64,000 bases of DNA from Octopus sinensis (taxonomy: Eukaryota), in assembly GCF_006345805.1 (NCBI RefSeq), contig NC_042997.1:68634001-68698000 (forward strand), written 5' to 3'. The notes under the pieces are model-generated. The model did not search any database, was not told the DNA's origin, and was given only the letters and a program-made list of their open reading frames with translations. A program made the translations under genes and the position numbers. Positions 27,102 to 41,061 of the stretch are shown piece by piece. How positions within the stretch are numbered: the first letter of the stretch is position 1; the number at the start of each line of letters is the position of its first letter.

Positions 27102-28040
27102 TATAATAACTGATAACCTTGATTATCCTCATTACATCTAGCCTTTCACAGTCATTGGTTTTCATTTGCAATTTGTCTAGAAAACCATCTACCTTACCAG
27201 GCATGTTTGGTGGGATTGGTAGTTTAGTTGGAGAGACCGAGGTCCAAAATAGGTCTTGAAATATTTTAATCCAATCATAATGTTTCGAGTAGTCCAGTTA
27301 CTTATGCCAAAATATGTACGGGACATATGACACATAGATAAATTTAGTATGCAATTCTGCCTTGTAACACATCCTAAATCTTTCCTTCTCTTCTTAGATT
27401 AATTCAAAATTTATATATTGACATAAATCTAAACACAATCACCCAAACTCATCCACCTTTCATATGATTTTTTTTTATTTTGGCAGAATGTTCTTACAGT
27501 ATCTTTCGAGTTTGTCAGGAGATAAGTTTCTTAAAAGTAGTCGTTCATTTTCATTTTCCGTCCTATTTTTGCATTCCCCCTTTGAAGATTTTATATCTTC
27601 GGAAATATGCAGAAAATGTAATGTGATTCCTACTTCTGGGTTATAACAAAATTCTGAAATTGCTTTTGCTACGTCATGGCGAGAATGAACCCGAAGTATT
27701 TTTGAAATGCAGGATTAAATCCAGCAACTATTGGTGTTGTTGTCGTTGTTGTAATTGCTGCTGCAACCTTTGTTATCAAATTTACATCCTCCTATACGTT
27801 GGATATACAGATTACACGAAGCGGGGATAGACATAACAGTCTTTGCATGACGTACTACTAAATAATACATTAAACACGATAATCCAATAAATACAAACTC
27901 TCAAAGATCTCAACGACTTCCTACGATTTTCGCGAACTCTCCACAACTCCTACAATGTCCGTCGTCTCAATCAACATGCTACTCTTTATAAGAATTCGGC
28001 TAGTCAATTCTTCCAATTCCACAGGGGTGTCAATAATTTC

Positions 28041-28094
<54 letters not shown>

Positions 28095-28106
<12 letters not shown>

Positions 28107-28335
28107 AACATGAAGAGAAAACACAACAACGCGAGGGCGTGGAACAAGTATAGTGTTATTGGACGCTCAGGAAAGGAAAGAAAGAAGGAGGAATTAACGT
28201 TTCGAGCGGAGCTCTTCATCAAAAATATATAAAAAAGGAAAAGTCCAAGGAAGGGAAGACGGAGAAAGAAAATCGCCAACGATAAACACGCGGTCACATA
28301 TAGAAATGACCGGAAGGGAATGGGTGAAGAAAAAG
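28095..28335 (-). mobile_element. Penelope-like LTR remnant with degenerate minimal hammerhead
   Basis: Minus strand TTGATGA-A-GAGC-TCC-GCTC-GAAA-CGTTAA at 28222-28194; same architecture as the 9937-9972 motif. Confidence 0.55.
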
Positions 28336-28408
28336 TTCCTTCAAAGACAGGAGAGTGCAAGAGAAGAAGGTATGTGTGTGTATGTGTGGTTATGTGCGTG
28401 TGCGCAGG

Positions 28409-28512
<104 letters not shown>

Positions 28513-28573
28513 GCACAGAAATAGATAGATAAACAGAGGGAGAATCAGACAGAGAGAGAGAGTGTTTGAAATA

Positions 28574-28656
<83 letters not shown>

Positions 28657-30061
28657 ATATGATTATTATGTATCCATCATTTCTCTATTTACATACACAC
28701 ACCTACATAAACATATCTATACACTCACCCGCACGCATATAAATGTATGCATGTATTGATATGTGTATGGCTATTTGTGCTTCTGTATATACGCGAGTAT
28801 ATATATATATACATCCGGAGTGTATATGTGTGCTTGTATGTGTATGTATGCGCGTACGTGTGTGCGCGTGTGTTACTACTAAATATTTTCCTTCGTCGTA
28901 CATCGCAGTAAAAATCAATAACGTATTTTCCCATAGAATTTAAGAACTGATACAACAATTAAAGCAGAAAGTGTTCAGCGAAGACTTATAAGCAATAAAA
29001 AATGTCTCCACGTACTGCATTCGACTTCAAACGATTACATACACAACTAAGTATATGCACGCACAATTACACACACACATGCACACACACACAACATATA
29101 CATACACAGACCATACATATGCACACACGCACAGATACACACAGATATATATATATACATATATATGTATATATGTGTGTATTTATGTGTGTGTGTGTGT
29201 GCTTGTATGCGCGCATGCGTGTGTTTGTGCGTATGTTTCTATGTATGTGTGTATACATGTATTTTTTTGTGTGTGTATGTATCGATGGAAACAGAAGAAA
29301 GGACATCATTCTGAAATCTAAAGTAGTCTCCAAGATCACTGGAAGTCATTAAAAGTAAATGTACAAGGATTTTGTAAAGAACAATAAGTACTGGATAATA
29401 TTGAAATGTAATGTAGTTACTCTTGATCTTGCGTACATAAATCACTTCTTTGCTCCTAAACGAAATACGAGTTGAATATTACGAAATACTTGTTTTTTTG
29501 GCTACATTGAAAACGTCCAAATACAAACTAATGGCAGAGATAGAACAGTGGTGCTTAATTAGAATTAAGTCGCAAACGCTACTTATAATCTTTGCAAAGG
29601 CACGAGTCTTCACTTGAAGTTCCTTGAACAAGGATCCCCAATTAGATATTTTATTTCTAACTGAAAAATATACAACAAAATGAAATCAGAATAATCATTA
29701 GAAACCCAATTTAGATAAATATAACCAGTTGTACTTCGAGATTTTGAACAATATCCTTTCTTTTTTTTTTTCTGTTTTCATAAGTAAAATCTCTGTATGG
29801 TCGTTCAAATCCATCTGTTCCAAACAATCTGTCAATATAAACTGTTTGTTTTTTCTGTATATTTTAATCCTCTTCTCTCACCTAAAGGAATGCTTGTAGT
29901 CTGTTTGCCCAGTATGACATACTTTCTAACATTACTCCCTTCCTAGAGAATATCATCAATGAAAAAAAAATTGCTGCTTAATAATCTTCTGCAGACATAT
30001 AGACATATAATATAGACATATAGACATAAAGATATATACTAGGAATTCCGCTTGATAAGTG

Positions 30062-30790
30062 GGATCTTTTCCTTTTGAATGGCAGTTTTCAACACAATTT
30101 CTAGTTAATTGTAATTTATAAGTTTAACGTAGTTTAATTTTTCGAATTTTAACCAAGCCTCTATTTAGCTAAAATCATTTGCTGCGTCTAAAACTGAGAC
30201 AACATCCTGTGACTGTTATGTTTACGTTCGGAAAGCGTGTGTATAAAATTATAGAATTATTTTGTTTGTTAATTGTTTAAATTATTTTCCATTGCTTTCG
30301 TTTTAGCCTTTCGTTTTTTTCTTAAGCAATGGAAAATAGTTTAAACAATACACGTGTATCTCAAAACAAAAACTCAAAATAAAAACAAAACGAATAATTT
30401 TAGACAAAGGCGTAACAATTAACTTAATTTAACAATTAAGAAAAAAAACGAAAGTCTAAACTTTAAGGTTAGGGTTAGGGTTAATGTTAGGGTTAGGGTT
30501 AGTGTTAGGGTTAGGGTTAGGGTTCGTGTAGGGTTAGGGTTAGGGTTAGGGTCAGTGACAGGATGTTGTCTCAGTTTTAGACGCAGCAAATGATTTTAGC
30601 TAAATAGAAGCCATCGATTGGTTAAAATTCGAAAAATTAAACTACGTTAAACTTACAAATTACAATTTTCTCAAGAAAGCTAAGAGAAAAACATGTTTTA
30701 TTTTGACACATTCTACCAGTATACGAAGTTTAAAAGTGTTTAGTTAACTAGAAATTGTGTTGAAAACTGCCGTTCAAAAGGAAAAGATCC
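30062..30790. mobile_element. Non-autonomous TIR element (Merlin-like MITE) containing a (TTAGGG)n array
   Basis: Long TIRs starting GGATCTTTTCCTTTTGAA (left ~30062-30215 with an internal deletion, right ~30553-30790); flanked by gataagtg (30054-30061) and ggtaagtg (30791-30798), an 8-bp TSD with one mismatch; TTAGGG repeats ~30465-30552. GG termini plus 8-bp TSD fit Merlin. Confidence 0.75.
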
Positions 30791-33253
30791 GGTAAGTGTT
30801 CCACTTTTAAATTTAACATCAGCAAATGATGTTATAACATACTTAACATGGAAACCATTCTGACGTGACATTCATGCACAAAAATCGAGGACTATATTAC
30901 TGACTGGTGAGAATCGTAAGCATAAACATGACAAAAACTACTACACTTGGCGGATATATGTAAATCAAAACTGCCCTGATCATTTAAGACACACATGTAA
31001 AAAGCACCATATTTTGATTTCATATTTCACTCTTAGTACGATTTTTCAATAAACACTAGCATAGTCACACCCTTCTAGACGAATTCTTATGAAAATGGAA
31101 TAAACGATACATACTCCGTTAAATGTACAACTAGCAATAATATTAATGAGGCTTTACACTATATATTATACAGTGTAAATCAAATAATTACACAATGATT
31201 TAGCATTATGGTGACAATTCAAAGTGTACATAGCATGCAGTTTAATAACACAGCTATTTAATATCGTTTCAGAAAGTCATCTAGTGCTTTGGTAGTGATA
31301 TACCCTAGTACATGCACACAAAGAACAATAAAAGTTGAGCATTTTACAAAATATTCGTTTGTATGATAAACCGTACTAAATGCATCAAGGTGTTTGTCAA
31401 TGTCCTTCACGATTCATCGTAACAGATCTATGAACTGACACCTTATTATTGAGGAAATAATAACATCTATTTTATAATGGAGAAAGCTGTTTATTAATTA
31501 GGTGTGTAACATTTAAAAGTACTAAAAGAAAGCAATTCTTAAGGTTTGACCGCCTGGAAATATTTTTATAAATTCATGTTTCTAAGAAATTTCCTGTAAT
31601 TTCGATTTCTGAAATTTATTCAATTTTTGAACTCCAATTTTTCACAATTTTAAATATTCATTGCATTCACTGCGGAGTAAATTTTTATTGTGTATTAGTG
31701 AACAATATTAATTTGTTGCAAGCGACATTTTCCGTTTTCATTTGCAAAAATCTCTCACACTTTCTCGCCTCTATTTTCATTAATGATAATTTAATAACGG
31801 CTGTATAACGTTGATACGAGGCACAATTTCAAGAATACTATCTGTTTCCGGAGTTTATTAAATGAATACTTTTGATAAAATAATAATTTAAAAAATATAC
31901 TGGTATAATTTGTTTTTAAATTAAGAAGTGATTTTGCTGTTATGTATGTTGGGACGCTATAGACCTTACAATAATAACGATCCGGACCGATTTTGGCTAT
32001 ATTTTAAAACTTAAAACCATGGAAGACGACATTTTGGTATTAAAAAATTGTAAATATCTTCAGAGGAAAAGGTGAACAATTCAAGGGAGGTTTGGCTGTT
32101 GTCTCTAGCACAGCCCAAACCATCCTCCGTCTTCACTATCACATATATTGATGTTTTTTCAAAATTTTTCTCTCATACAACACATTTTATAGAATGATGA
32201 TGCCGAAGTATCACACGCGTGGTCCATTGATGGAATACAAGCAACAAAAACAAAAAAAAAACTGTAATCTAAATTTTTAATTCCCCCCACCTCAATCAAG
32301 TGAAGTCGTGTGTGTGTGTGTAATAAAAATCATTTTCTAACAGAAAAATATGCTATTAAATCCTTTCTTAAAATCACTGTGGATAAATGCCAGCAATGAC
32401 CATCTCAGGCTCTCCAATATTTTAATACATAAATGGGCAGGGAGTGGGGTTGCAAAAAATCATAATTTTTCAAGTTTTATTTTCTTTAGCATATAAATTT
32501 GTTTATGGGGAGAGAAAAATATTGAGAAACATTAATACAAACGAGAAATGTGGAGGGTTGTCTTGTGATTGCTAGAACCAACAGCCACTTCTCTCTCCCT
32601 CAAATTATTCACTTTTCCCTCTGAAAATACTAGCAATTTTTCCGAAATCGTTCCTCCCATGGTTTTGAAGAGCGACAGAGGTTGGCCAAAATAGGTCCGG
32701 AGTGGGATGATGAGAGAGAGACGGGGGATTTGTAGAGAAACTTTCAAAACTTTTTCTCATGCAAAGATGCACCTCACACCACTTCACCCCATCATTTAGA
32801 AGGCTGTAATTGAAAAAATGGAGAAAATCCCCGTCAAATAAGTTCTAACTTACGTGGTCTTCCTGATCCGAAACTCCTCTCCCCACTCCCCCAGAAAAAG
32901 TTTTCCCCACAAACTTCTCTATAATAGTAATCTATGCAGCTTGAAAGGTATTTGTATAAACTTACATTAAAAGAGGAAAATGTCGGATCGCATGAATTTT
33001 TCCATAGTTTTAAGTTAAAGAAAAATGGCCAAAATCGGAAAAATTCTTTCCCATAAATTCCTGTATACGCTGAAGCCAAAATATCTAAGCGATATTTGGA
33101 GAAACTTTCGTTAAAAGTATCCATTTTTCTGGTTGTTATGAGGCAACAAAGTCAGGGGTGTATACATCTGTATCCCCTTTTATTTATACGATTTTATTTA
33201 TACGATTTTTCATTTTGTATCTATTTCATACATTGTTTGCAAAGTTCTGTCTA

Positions 33254-33285
<32 letters not shown>

Positions 33286-33797
33286 ACACACACACTCCAA
33301 AACCTATAGATGGGCTGCTGAAGTGAAATATCTATGTTACTATCAGGTATAGGTAAAACCTAACAAACTTCCTCTTCTCTGTAGTTGGACTACCTTGGTG
33401 TTTGTTTCCAAAAGAGAGATTATGACTGTAATAAAATAATGAAAGTGATATTTACTAAGGAAGTAAGCACTATTATACAAAGATATAATTAGACGTAAAA
33501 TATCATAAAAATTATTAGAATTGGGAATCAAATGTGAAACTATTATCAAGGGGCTGACAGAAAACTGCCCGGAGGGCAGTCTTTTTACTAGTTATATTAA
33601 TGATAATTTTTAAATGAAATATAATATATATATATATATATATATATGCATATTTTTATACATAGTTAAGTGGTATGCGTGTGTGTTTGTATGTGTGTGT
33701 ACGTTTGTGTGTCTGTATATGTTTGTGTTTCTGTGTGTGTGTGTGTGCTTCTGTGTGCTTCTGTGCGCGCTGATATGCGTGCGTCGAGTGTACGATA

Positions 33798-33831
33798 CTG
33801 ACGAGCTTTAACTCAGCGAAATATCGATATC
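33798..33831 (+). ncRNA. Hammerhead-like core without a clear stem I
   Basis: CTGACGA-GCT-TTAACTC-AGC-GAAA-TAT-CG-ATA-T-C; palindromic stem III (ATATCGATAT), AUC triplet; flanks do not pair cleanly. Confidence 0.4.
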
Positions 33832-33996
33832 CACCATTGTCATCCATTAACGGTGCGAGTTTTCTCACCACATCTAAGTTATTCCGTGTTTCTTTAAAAC
33901 TTGGCGTCATGATGGGACGTTTCCAAGCATGCTATCTCGCAGCTCCTGGTCGTACAAATTAATCTCATACAATATGCATTTAATATATATATATAT

Positions 33997-34119
<123 letters not shown>

Positions 34120-35564
34120 GTGTGTGTGTGTATGTGTGTGTGTGTTTGTATATACATACATAGATACATAGATAAATATATGTATGCATGCATGTATACA
34201 GTCCCTGTTCTCGTTTTATACTATTGTTTTGATGTTGTAACAATGGTAATGATAGTGGGCGGGATATATAAAAACAACAAAACAAAACAGATATAATATA
34301 TGTTATATACGTGCACACATACCAACACAAAGATACAGATATACCATAAAGCATAAACCTCTTCAATCGAGTAGTTCTTTAACGTTCTTGGTTAAGAACG
34401 ACCGCAGTGTTTTTAGTGATACTTCGTAGATGGAAACTGTGCGAATCTCATAGGGTGTACCATAAGCGTAAGTCAAAGATCGGACTGTGTAACTCTAATT
34501 CACGGCTCTAGAATTACCATACAATGTATCACACTTATTTGGCTTCAGCCTTACGTTAACGTTACACAACTTCGTGGAATAGTCAACTATTTTCAAGCTA
34601 GTATTTTGATCACACAACAGAATACTTATCGTGAAAACGGAGGATCAGTCTATTTACTTCATCGTCAATTATAAGTAGTTAAACGGCTGACTCGCTGAAA
34701 TTTACTTACGTCGAGAGCTCTAAGAGCTCTTTTTATCACCGTTTCAACTTACCTCTTTGACTCTATGTCTCATGTCATAATTTCCATCTTAACATTGAAA
34801 TGTAATTAGTGACACTATATACTGTATTATGTGCTCAAATTAATATTATAAAACGCACTGTTGCTCAACCATGACTAGTGCTGCTAAAATGTTGTCTTAT
34901 GAACGAAGTACTACATAAAGAAAAATATCCCGCAGCGAAAAGTATGCAGCTGAAGTATTAATGGCAGTAGCACGTTAAGTCTGCTTCTTTATTGAATTGT
35001 TTATTTTTATACATAAGTGTGTATGTGTGTGAGTGCGCGCGCGCGCCTGCGTGTGTTTACATGTGTTTGTGAGTGTGCGCGCACGTGTACGTGAGAGAGA
35101 GTGTATCAAGATTCAAATTTATGTTGTTCATGTTGCGTCCTTTTATGTGCTGCAACATAAGTGTTCCGCAAATGGACTTTGGAAAAGGGGCAGACGGAGG
35201 GAAGTATTGCGGTCAATGCCCAAGGCAAAAACCTTGTTCCAATCCGATATCAAAACACTCTTCCTCTGTTTCTCTGATTATCTACCTGTCTTTCTGCCAG
35301 TCTCTGTCTGTAGCTCTCCTCACACACACGTTTACAGAATCTTACTGGGAAACGCACATATACAAACACTCATATACTCCTTCTCTCTCTCTCTCTCTCA
35401 CGCACAAACACACTCTCATACACACACATGTATGCGTATGTATATATATATATATATTATATATATATATATATATGCTGTAGTTTCAGCTCATAGCTGC
35501 GGCCATACTGATGCGCCGCCGTTAGAATAGAGAGAGAGATAGGTATATATATATAATATATATA

Positions 35565-35614
<50 letters not shown>

Positions 35615-35643
35615 TATACATATTTATATATATATATACATAT

Positions 35644-35698
<55 letters not shown>

Positions 35699-35970
35699 CA
35701 TTATATATATACATACATATATATATATATACGTGTGTATGTGTTTGTGTGTCTGTGTTTATATCAGTTTAAGCGATTTGGCGGACAGACTTTTGAGAAC
35801 TAAATAGGTTAATTAGAGAGGCTATATTTTTGTTAATAGAATATAACATTACTTCAATGCAGTAGAACAAAGATATTAATAATCGTCCTTGTTATTAAGT
35901 CATAATTTTTATACAGGATTGATGCATAAAGGTTTCTTCTTTACTCCGGCCTTGTGCCAAAATTTGAAAC

Positions 35971-36027
<57 letters not shown>

Positions 36028-36029
36028 GT

Positions 36030-36553
36030 TTCTTTTAATTATAACTTATTTCATCTGCCTTAGTACCGGGCATCCTCCGGAGGCCAAGAGTAGCAAGGGC
36101 ACTTTTGTTTTGCTATGCATGCTAAAATTATCACGACATTTATTCCATTTTAGATGGAGAGTACTTTCTGTTGTATATGGGCTGTAGCCATCAAGATTAT
36201 CTTTTGTAGTTCACGGAGATTGGGATTACCAGCGAGTTGCTTAATATAATCCTCAGCTCCGTTCTTTACCATTCTCAACGCACCAATTACTACTGGTATC
36301 ATCGTAGTACTAAGCTTCTACATTTTTGTGATTTCAATTTGCAGATCTTTGTAGTGAGAAAGCTTTTCATATTTTTTTCTTGAGACATTTTCATCTTGTG
36401 GAACAGACATATCTATTAACAGACAAGTTCCTCTGTTGTAGTCCTTGATCACAATGTCTGGTTAATTGGAGTCAATTTCTCTGTTGGTTTGTATTCGGAA
36501 ATTCCAACGTATGGTGACACCCTTGCTATTTACTAAATCCTCTGAATGGTGCC
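36030..36553 (-). mobile_element. 5'-truncated R4/Dong-like LINE 3' end (RLE domain), flanked by (TAA)n
   Basis: Reverse translation 'VTIRWNFRIQTNREIDSN*PDIVIKDYNRGTCLLIDMSVP..EKLSHYKDLQIEI..IPVVIGALRMV'. Confidence 0.85.
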
Positions 36554-36674
<121 letters not shown>

Positions 36675-36992
36675 GTAGTTTTATTTTTATATCTGTGTGC
36701 GTTGGGTATGTGCTGTGGTTTGTTGTGATGTTCTTATGGTTACTGTATTGAGAGTGTTTTGCGTAGGATGTTTGCAGTGTCCAGTAGTGCGATTTTCTGT
36801 ATGTTATATATATTTGTAAGTCCTGGTGTTTTTGTTATGGATTTGTCTGAATAATTTTTTATCGTACCTAATGCGCCTACTATGATAGGAATTGTTTCTG
36901 TTTTTAGATTCCACATTCGAATTACCTCTATTTCCAGGTCTTTGTATTTTGAAAGTTTCTTCATTTCTTTTAGAGAGACGTTGTCATCTGCT
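36675..36992 (-). mobile_element. 5'-truncated R4/Dong-like LINE 3' end, flanked by (TAA)n
   Basis: 'KLSKYKDLEIEVIRMWNLKTETIPIIVGALGTIK..IQKIALLDTANILRKTLSIQ*', closely matching the C-terminus of ORF 47035-48306. Confidence 0.9.
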
Positions 36993-37049
36993 GATTATTA
37001 TTATTATTATCATCATCATCATCATGAGAGAGTATATTATTATTACTTT

Positions 37050-37455
37050 TTTATTCTCGGAGATCTCAGTCTTACTTGCTTTGTCGATTCTGTGAGAGAG
37101 GACAGCAGCATGTTGTCAGACGTCTTACCGGATCTCTTTCCGCAAATTATTGGCTTTGGCTTTATTACATCGGGGTTAGCTTATTGTGGAAGACACTCAA
37201 GACCGAAGCAGCAATCTCAAAATTTTAGCTGTCCCCAATAGAGCAGTTTTGAGGTCCTGCTGTTACCTCATAGCAATTCTAATTTCTCCGGCATATTTCT
37301 CGAACCTGGTTGTTAGTGTTCCGACTTCCCCTACAACTATTGGGCTACTTTGTTATTATTATGGGATGAAGACTCTTGGCTTATTTTGGGCTTATTTTGA
37401 TGAGTATGATGGAATGTGTCAGCTGTCCACAGCCAGCGGACTGAGATGGCATTTG
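37050..37455 (-). mobile_element. Older R4/Dong-like LINE 3' fragment
   Basis: Reverse translation 'PIVVGEVGTLTTRFEKYAGEI..KTALLGTAKILR'; TAA/TAG-type repeats on both sides. Confidence 0.7.
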
Positions 37456-37457
37456 TT

Positions 37458-37498
<41 letters not shown>

Positions 37499-38941
37499 AT
37501 TATTTTTATTATTATCATATTCATATTTGTTTCGTTGTCCTTCCTCCCAATCTCAGATATTTAAGAAAAAATATGTATAAATTGAAACTACAAACTTACA
37601 TTTATTTATATTGCCTCATAACACATTCCCCTAACTGATTGCTGATAAATTTGTGATTTTTTTCCCTCCCCATATCATATTCGAGAAATTGTCTACCTTA
37701 TTTAGCGGTGTATATGAGCGCAGTTGCAAGTTGTATTCTATGTTCAAAAAGTCAGTTTTAAACCTTGCCATACCGCCGGTATTTCAATATGTTTACAATC
37801 TTTAACTCACAATTTAAGGATAAATTCCTTCTTAACGTAAGTAGTCTGACATTGTTTAAGTAGGTATAATTCCTTACGCAATTAAGCAATTAACAAATCA
37901 AAGATGTTTCTTGGTTTTGTGATGTTAGAACTATTACTGGAGTAGGTTCTACTGTCAAATATTTAGCATAAATACATAAACACACAAACACATATACACA
38001 TTCATGCACGCGTATAAATATCAATATATAACCAAATTTGAGAACATTTACAATTATCTTGTTAGAATTACATTGTTAGAAACAGCACCAATTCTTGAAA
38101 GTACAAGCTAGCTATACTAAAAATTTTAAAGGGTATATTTAATAATGTTCTTGATAAACATTTTCATGAAGATGTAAATATGATTGCTAAAATGTCTTCA
38201 TAGATTAAGACCTACCGGTCAATCTAATCTAGAGATTGAATGTCACCATACGCAAACAAACGTATTATAATTTGTAGGTATGTGGTGAAACAATTATAGG
38301 AACGTTGCTGTTGATTGGCTATATGTTAGCTCTGATTGAGCAGAGACTACTCTAAGACATTCTATTCGTGAGAACGACGTAATATATTCAGGTATAGTGC
38401 CTCTATGACCTCCATTTTGTTAATTTCCTACAATTACAGATACAAAAGAAATTGGTTACAGAGTATAATATATCAAGTTGAATACTGGAATTTATGGTAT
38501 TACATATATGTGTATGGTATTATATGTATATATACACACGCATGAACAGACGCACTTAAATATAGATTAACACAAAAAATATGAGGATCATGTTTCAGGG
38601 TACACTGCTGAAGTACAAAAGCTGAAAATAATTTAAACTACAAAAAAGTAATAACAGATAACTACATAAACTGCACAAGGAGGGAATGCCTCGAATATTG
38701 TTTTGACATTATAGTGTATGCTACGGTACTATTTCTTTTGATCAGTAACACAGTTTCTATATTCATTATAATGGGAAGAACACATCTTTCATCTGTGCAA
38801 TAGCAGCATAAAATTAACTGTGAATAGCATCAAGCGGCGGCGGCATCGAAAAAGCATAGCAAAAATTGCTCGCCACTATTTTTTCCTCCTCTGTGATCAT
38901 GCAATATATATTTGGCATATACATACATACATACATACATA

Positions 38942-38991
<50 letters not shown>

Positions 38992-39543
38992 GTACACAAA
39001 ATACATATATATATATATGTATACATACACATATATACATATATTTATTTATGCATGATTATATACATATGCATATACATCCACACTCACATATATGAGT
39101 ATGAGTATATAGATTATATGCATATGTATATACATACACACATATATCTTTCCTTCAGAATGTGTGTGTGTCTGTTTTGCCCGTTGTTAGTGATCTGTAA
39201 TAAGGAAAAATTCAAGTAGTCAAATTCATCACATTCATGTGGTATAAATAAAGCTTATGAATATACGCATAAAAACATACTTACATGCACACATTCACAC
39301 ACACACACACGTTCAATGTCTCAGAAACCACAAACGCACACTCACACATTCACGCACACGCGCACACTCACACACACTCGCTCTGTCTCAGATACCACAT
39401 ACACGCGCGCGTGCGTAGTCTTTGAAGGAATTCAAGGTGCAGTTTTTCATGATAAACGACGGGCTTCATTTGTTAAGTTATGGACTGTGAGGATTTAAAA
39501 ATGAATGCACTCTCAAAATCTATTTGCGTAACAAAAATTATAT

Positions 39544-39846
39544 GTTTGTTTTTTGTTCCTTCTCGAGCCATTTCTGGTTCATAAGGGCCGGTTTCCCAGT
39601 TTCCTTGGCGTATAGGTTCCCCACCTGGACGGGACGCCGGTCCGTCGCAGGTGAGCTGCAAGATACAGGAGGAAAGAGTGAAAGTTGTGGCGAAAGAGTC
39701 AGCAGAAGTTTGCCGTTACCTTCTGCTGGAGCTGCGTGGAGCTGAGGAGTTTCGCTCATAAACACACACATCTCCCGGCCTGAGATTTGAATCCGCGATC
39801 CCTCGACCGTGAATCCGCTGCTCTAACCACTAGGCCATGTGACCCC
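39544..39846 (-). mobile_element. tRNA-derived SINE (second family)
   Basis: Head 'tggcctagtggttagagcagcggattcacggtcgagggatcgcggattcaaatctcaggccggg' (A box TGGCCTAGTGG, B box GGATTCAAATC); tail 'ggctcgagaaggaacaaaaaacaaaca'. Confidence 0.88.
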
Positions 39847-40282
39847 ATTATATGACTCAATAGAAAGTACAAAGCAAGGAATGAGATAGTAGAGTGAAAA
39901 TAAAAATGACAGTGCAAATAAAGTAAACTTAACACTACTAATGAGAATATATATCGGTATGTACTACTCTGAATTATTATTAGAGAGTATACATAGGCAT
40001 GTACTAATCTATAGCACCAAAAATGGTGTTAGAGACGAGAAAGGAAGCAAATAGTAAAAATTAGTCGCACAGAGAACCGCATTGAAATCTTGTACATTGG
40101 AAATTACACATAAAAGTAGAGATAATGCATATTCTTTATGCGTATATTTTTTATTCTTTTATTGTAGTTTCAACGATATCAACATGGTAGTTGCACATGC
40201 ATGTCCGTGCTTGTGCAAGTATTTGGGATCTCTACGTGTGCAGATATGAATACTTTGTTTTATGTATGTGTAATCATACATA

Positions 40283-41061
40283 CAGGGTGGGGAAGCAAAA
40301 TTTACAATGAATGTTAAGTGTTTTTGACAACAGCTATGAAAGAAAAGAGATTGGAGAGGTGCAAGAAAATTATTACATGGTTCAAGAAAAAGTCCTCCAC
40401 TGTAACGACCTTTTCAGATGAAAAGATCTTCACTCTCGATGTTGTTCTGAACAGCAGAAATGACAGATTTATCGCAAAATCAACAACTGAGGGGACATTC
40501 AAAAGAAAAGATCCTGCTCAAGTTATGGCTTTTGGCGTTGTGGCTTCCGATGGAAAGAAAATGCCTATAAAATTCTACAAAGCTGATGAAAAGACCAATG
40601 TTAATACTTACTACAAGACTCTGAGATACCAGGTATTGCTCCAGCCCACACAGCTAGAAAAATACAAGATTTCTGAAAATCCAACTTTAGCAATTTTTTT
40701 GACTCATGTTTATGGCCGCCTTCTAGCCCAGATCTAAACTCTCTGGATTATGCTAGTTGGGGCGTTTTAGAACATGCTACCAATAGAACATCACACAGCA
40801 ATGTCGACTCTCTTAAAGATACTATTAAAGAAGAATGGGAGAAGTTGTCTCCCGAATATTCGAGGAACACCTGTGCAAGTTTAAGGAAGCGTGTGAAGGC
40901 AGTTATTGAGAAAGAAGGAGGACACATATAATAAAAATATTTTCTATTATGTAAATTGTCTTGTGGCGAATAAATTCTCATGACGTTCAAGAAACAAATT
41001 GGTCATACACTGTCTTTCAATCCCTGCTTCAAAGTATTGTAAATTTTCCTTCCCCACCCTA
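40283..41061 (+). mobile_element. Internally deleted Tc1/mariner element, maT/DD37D-like
   Basis: 26-bp TIRs cagggtggggaagcaaaatttacaat (2 mismatches) with TA on both sides; 'FSDEKIFTLDVVLNSRNDR..PAQVMAFGVVASDG' and 'WPPSSPDLNSLDYASWGVLE..EEWEKLSPEYSRNTCASLRKRVKAVIEKEGGHI*'. The N-terminal DNA-binding region and second-D region are missing, so the D spacing cannot be counted and the subfamily is by resemblance. Confidence 0.9.

Noticed and set aside
27198-27254. 57-nt - strand exon-like segment (DLFWTSVSPTKLPIPPNMP) with a CTG|GTAAGG donor
   Set aside because: Weak AAG acceptor, and its sequence resembles the repeat at 31960-32760, so it is probably TE-derived.
39790-39846. tRNA-like heads here and at 12880-12950, 7121-7190, 51294-51360, 49494-49580
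   Set aside because: They are SINE heads continuing into repeat bodies, not cloverleaf tRNA genes.
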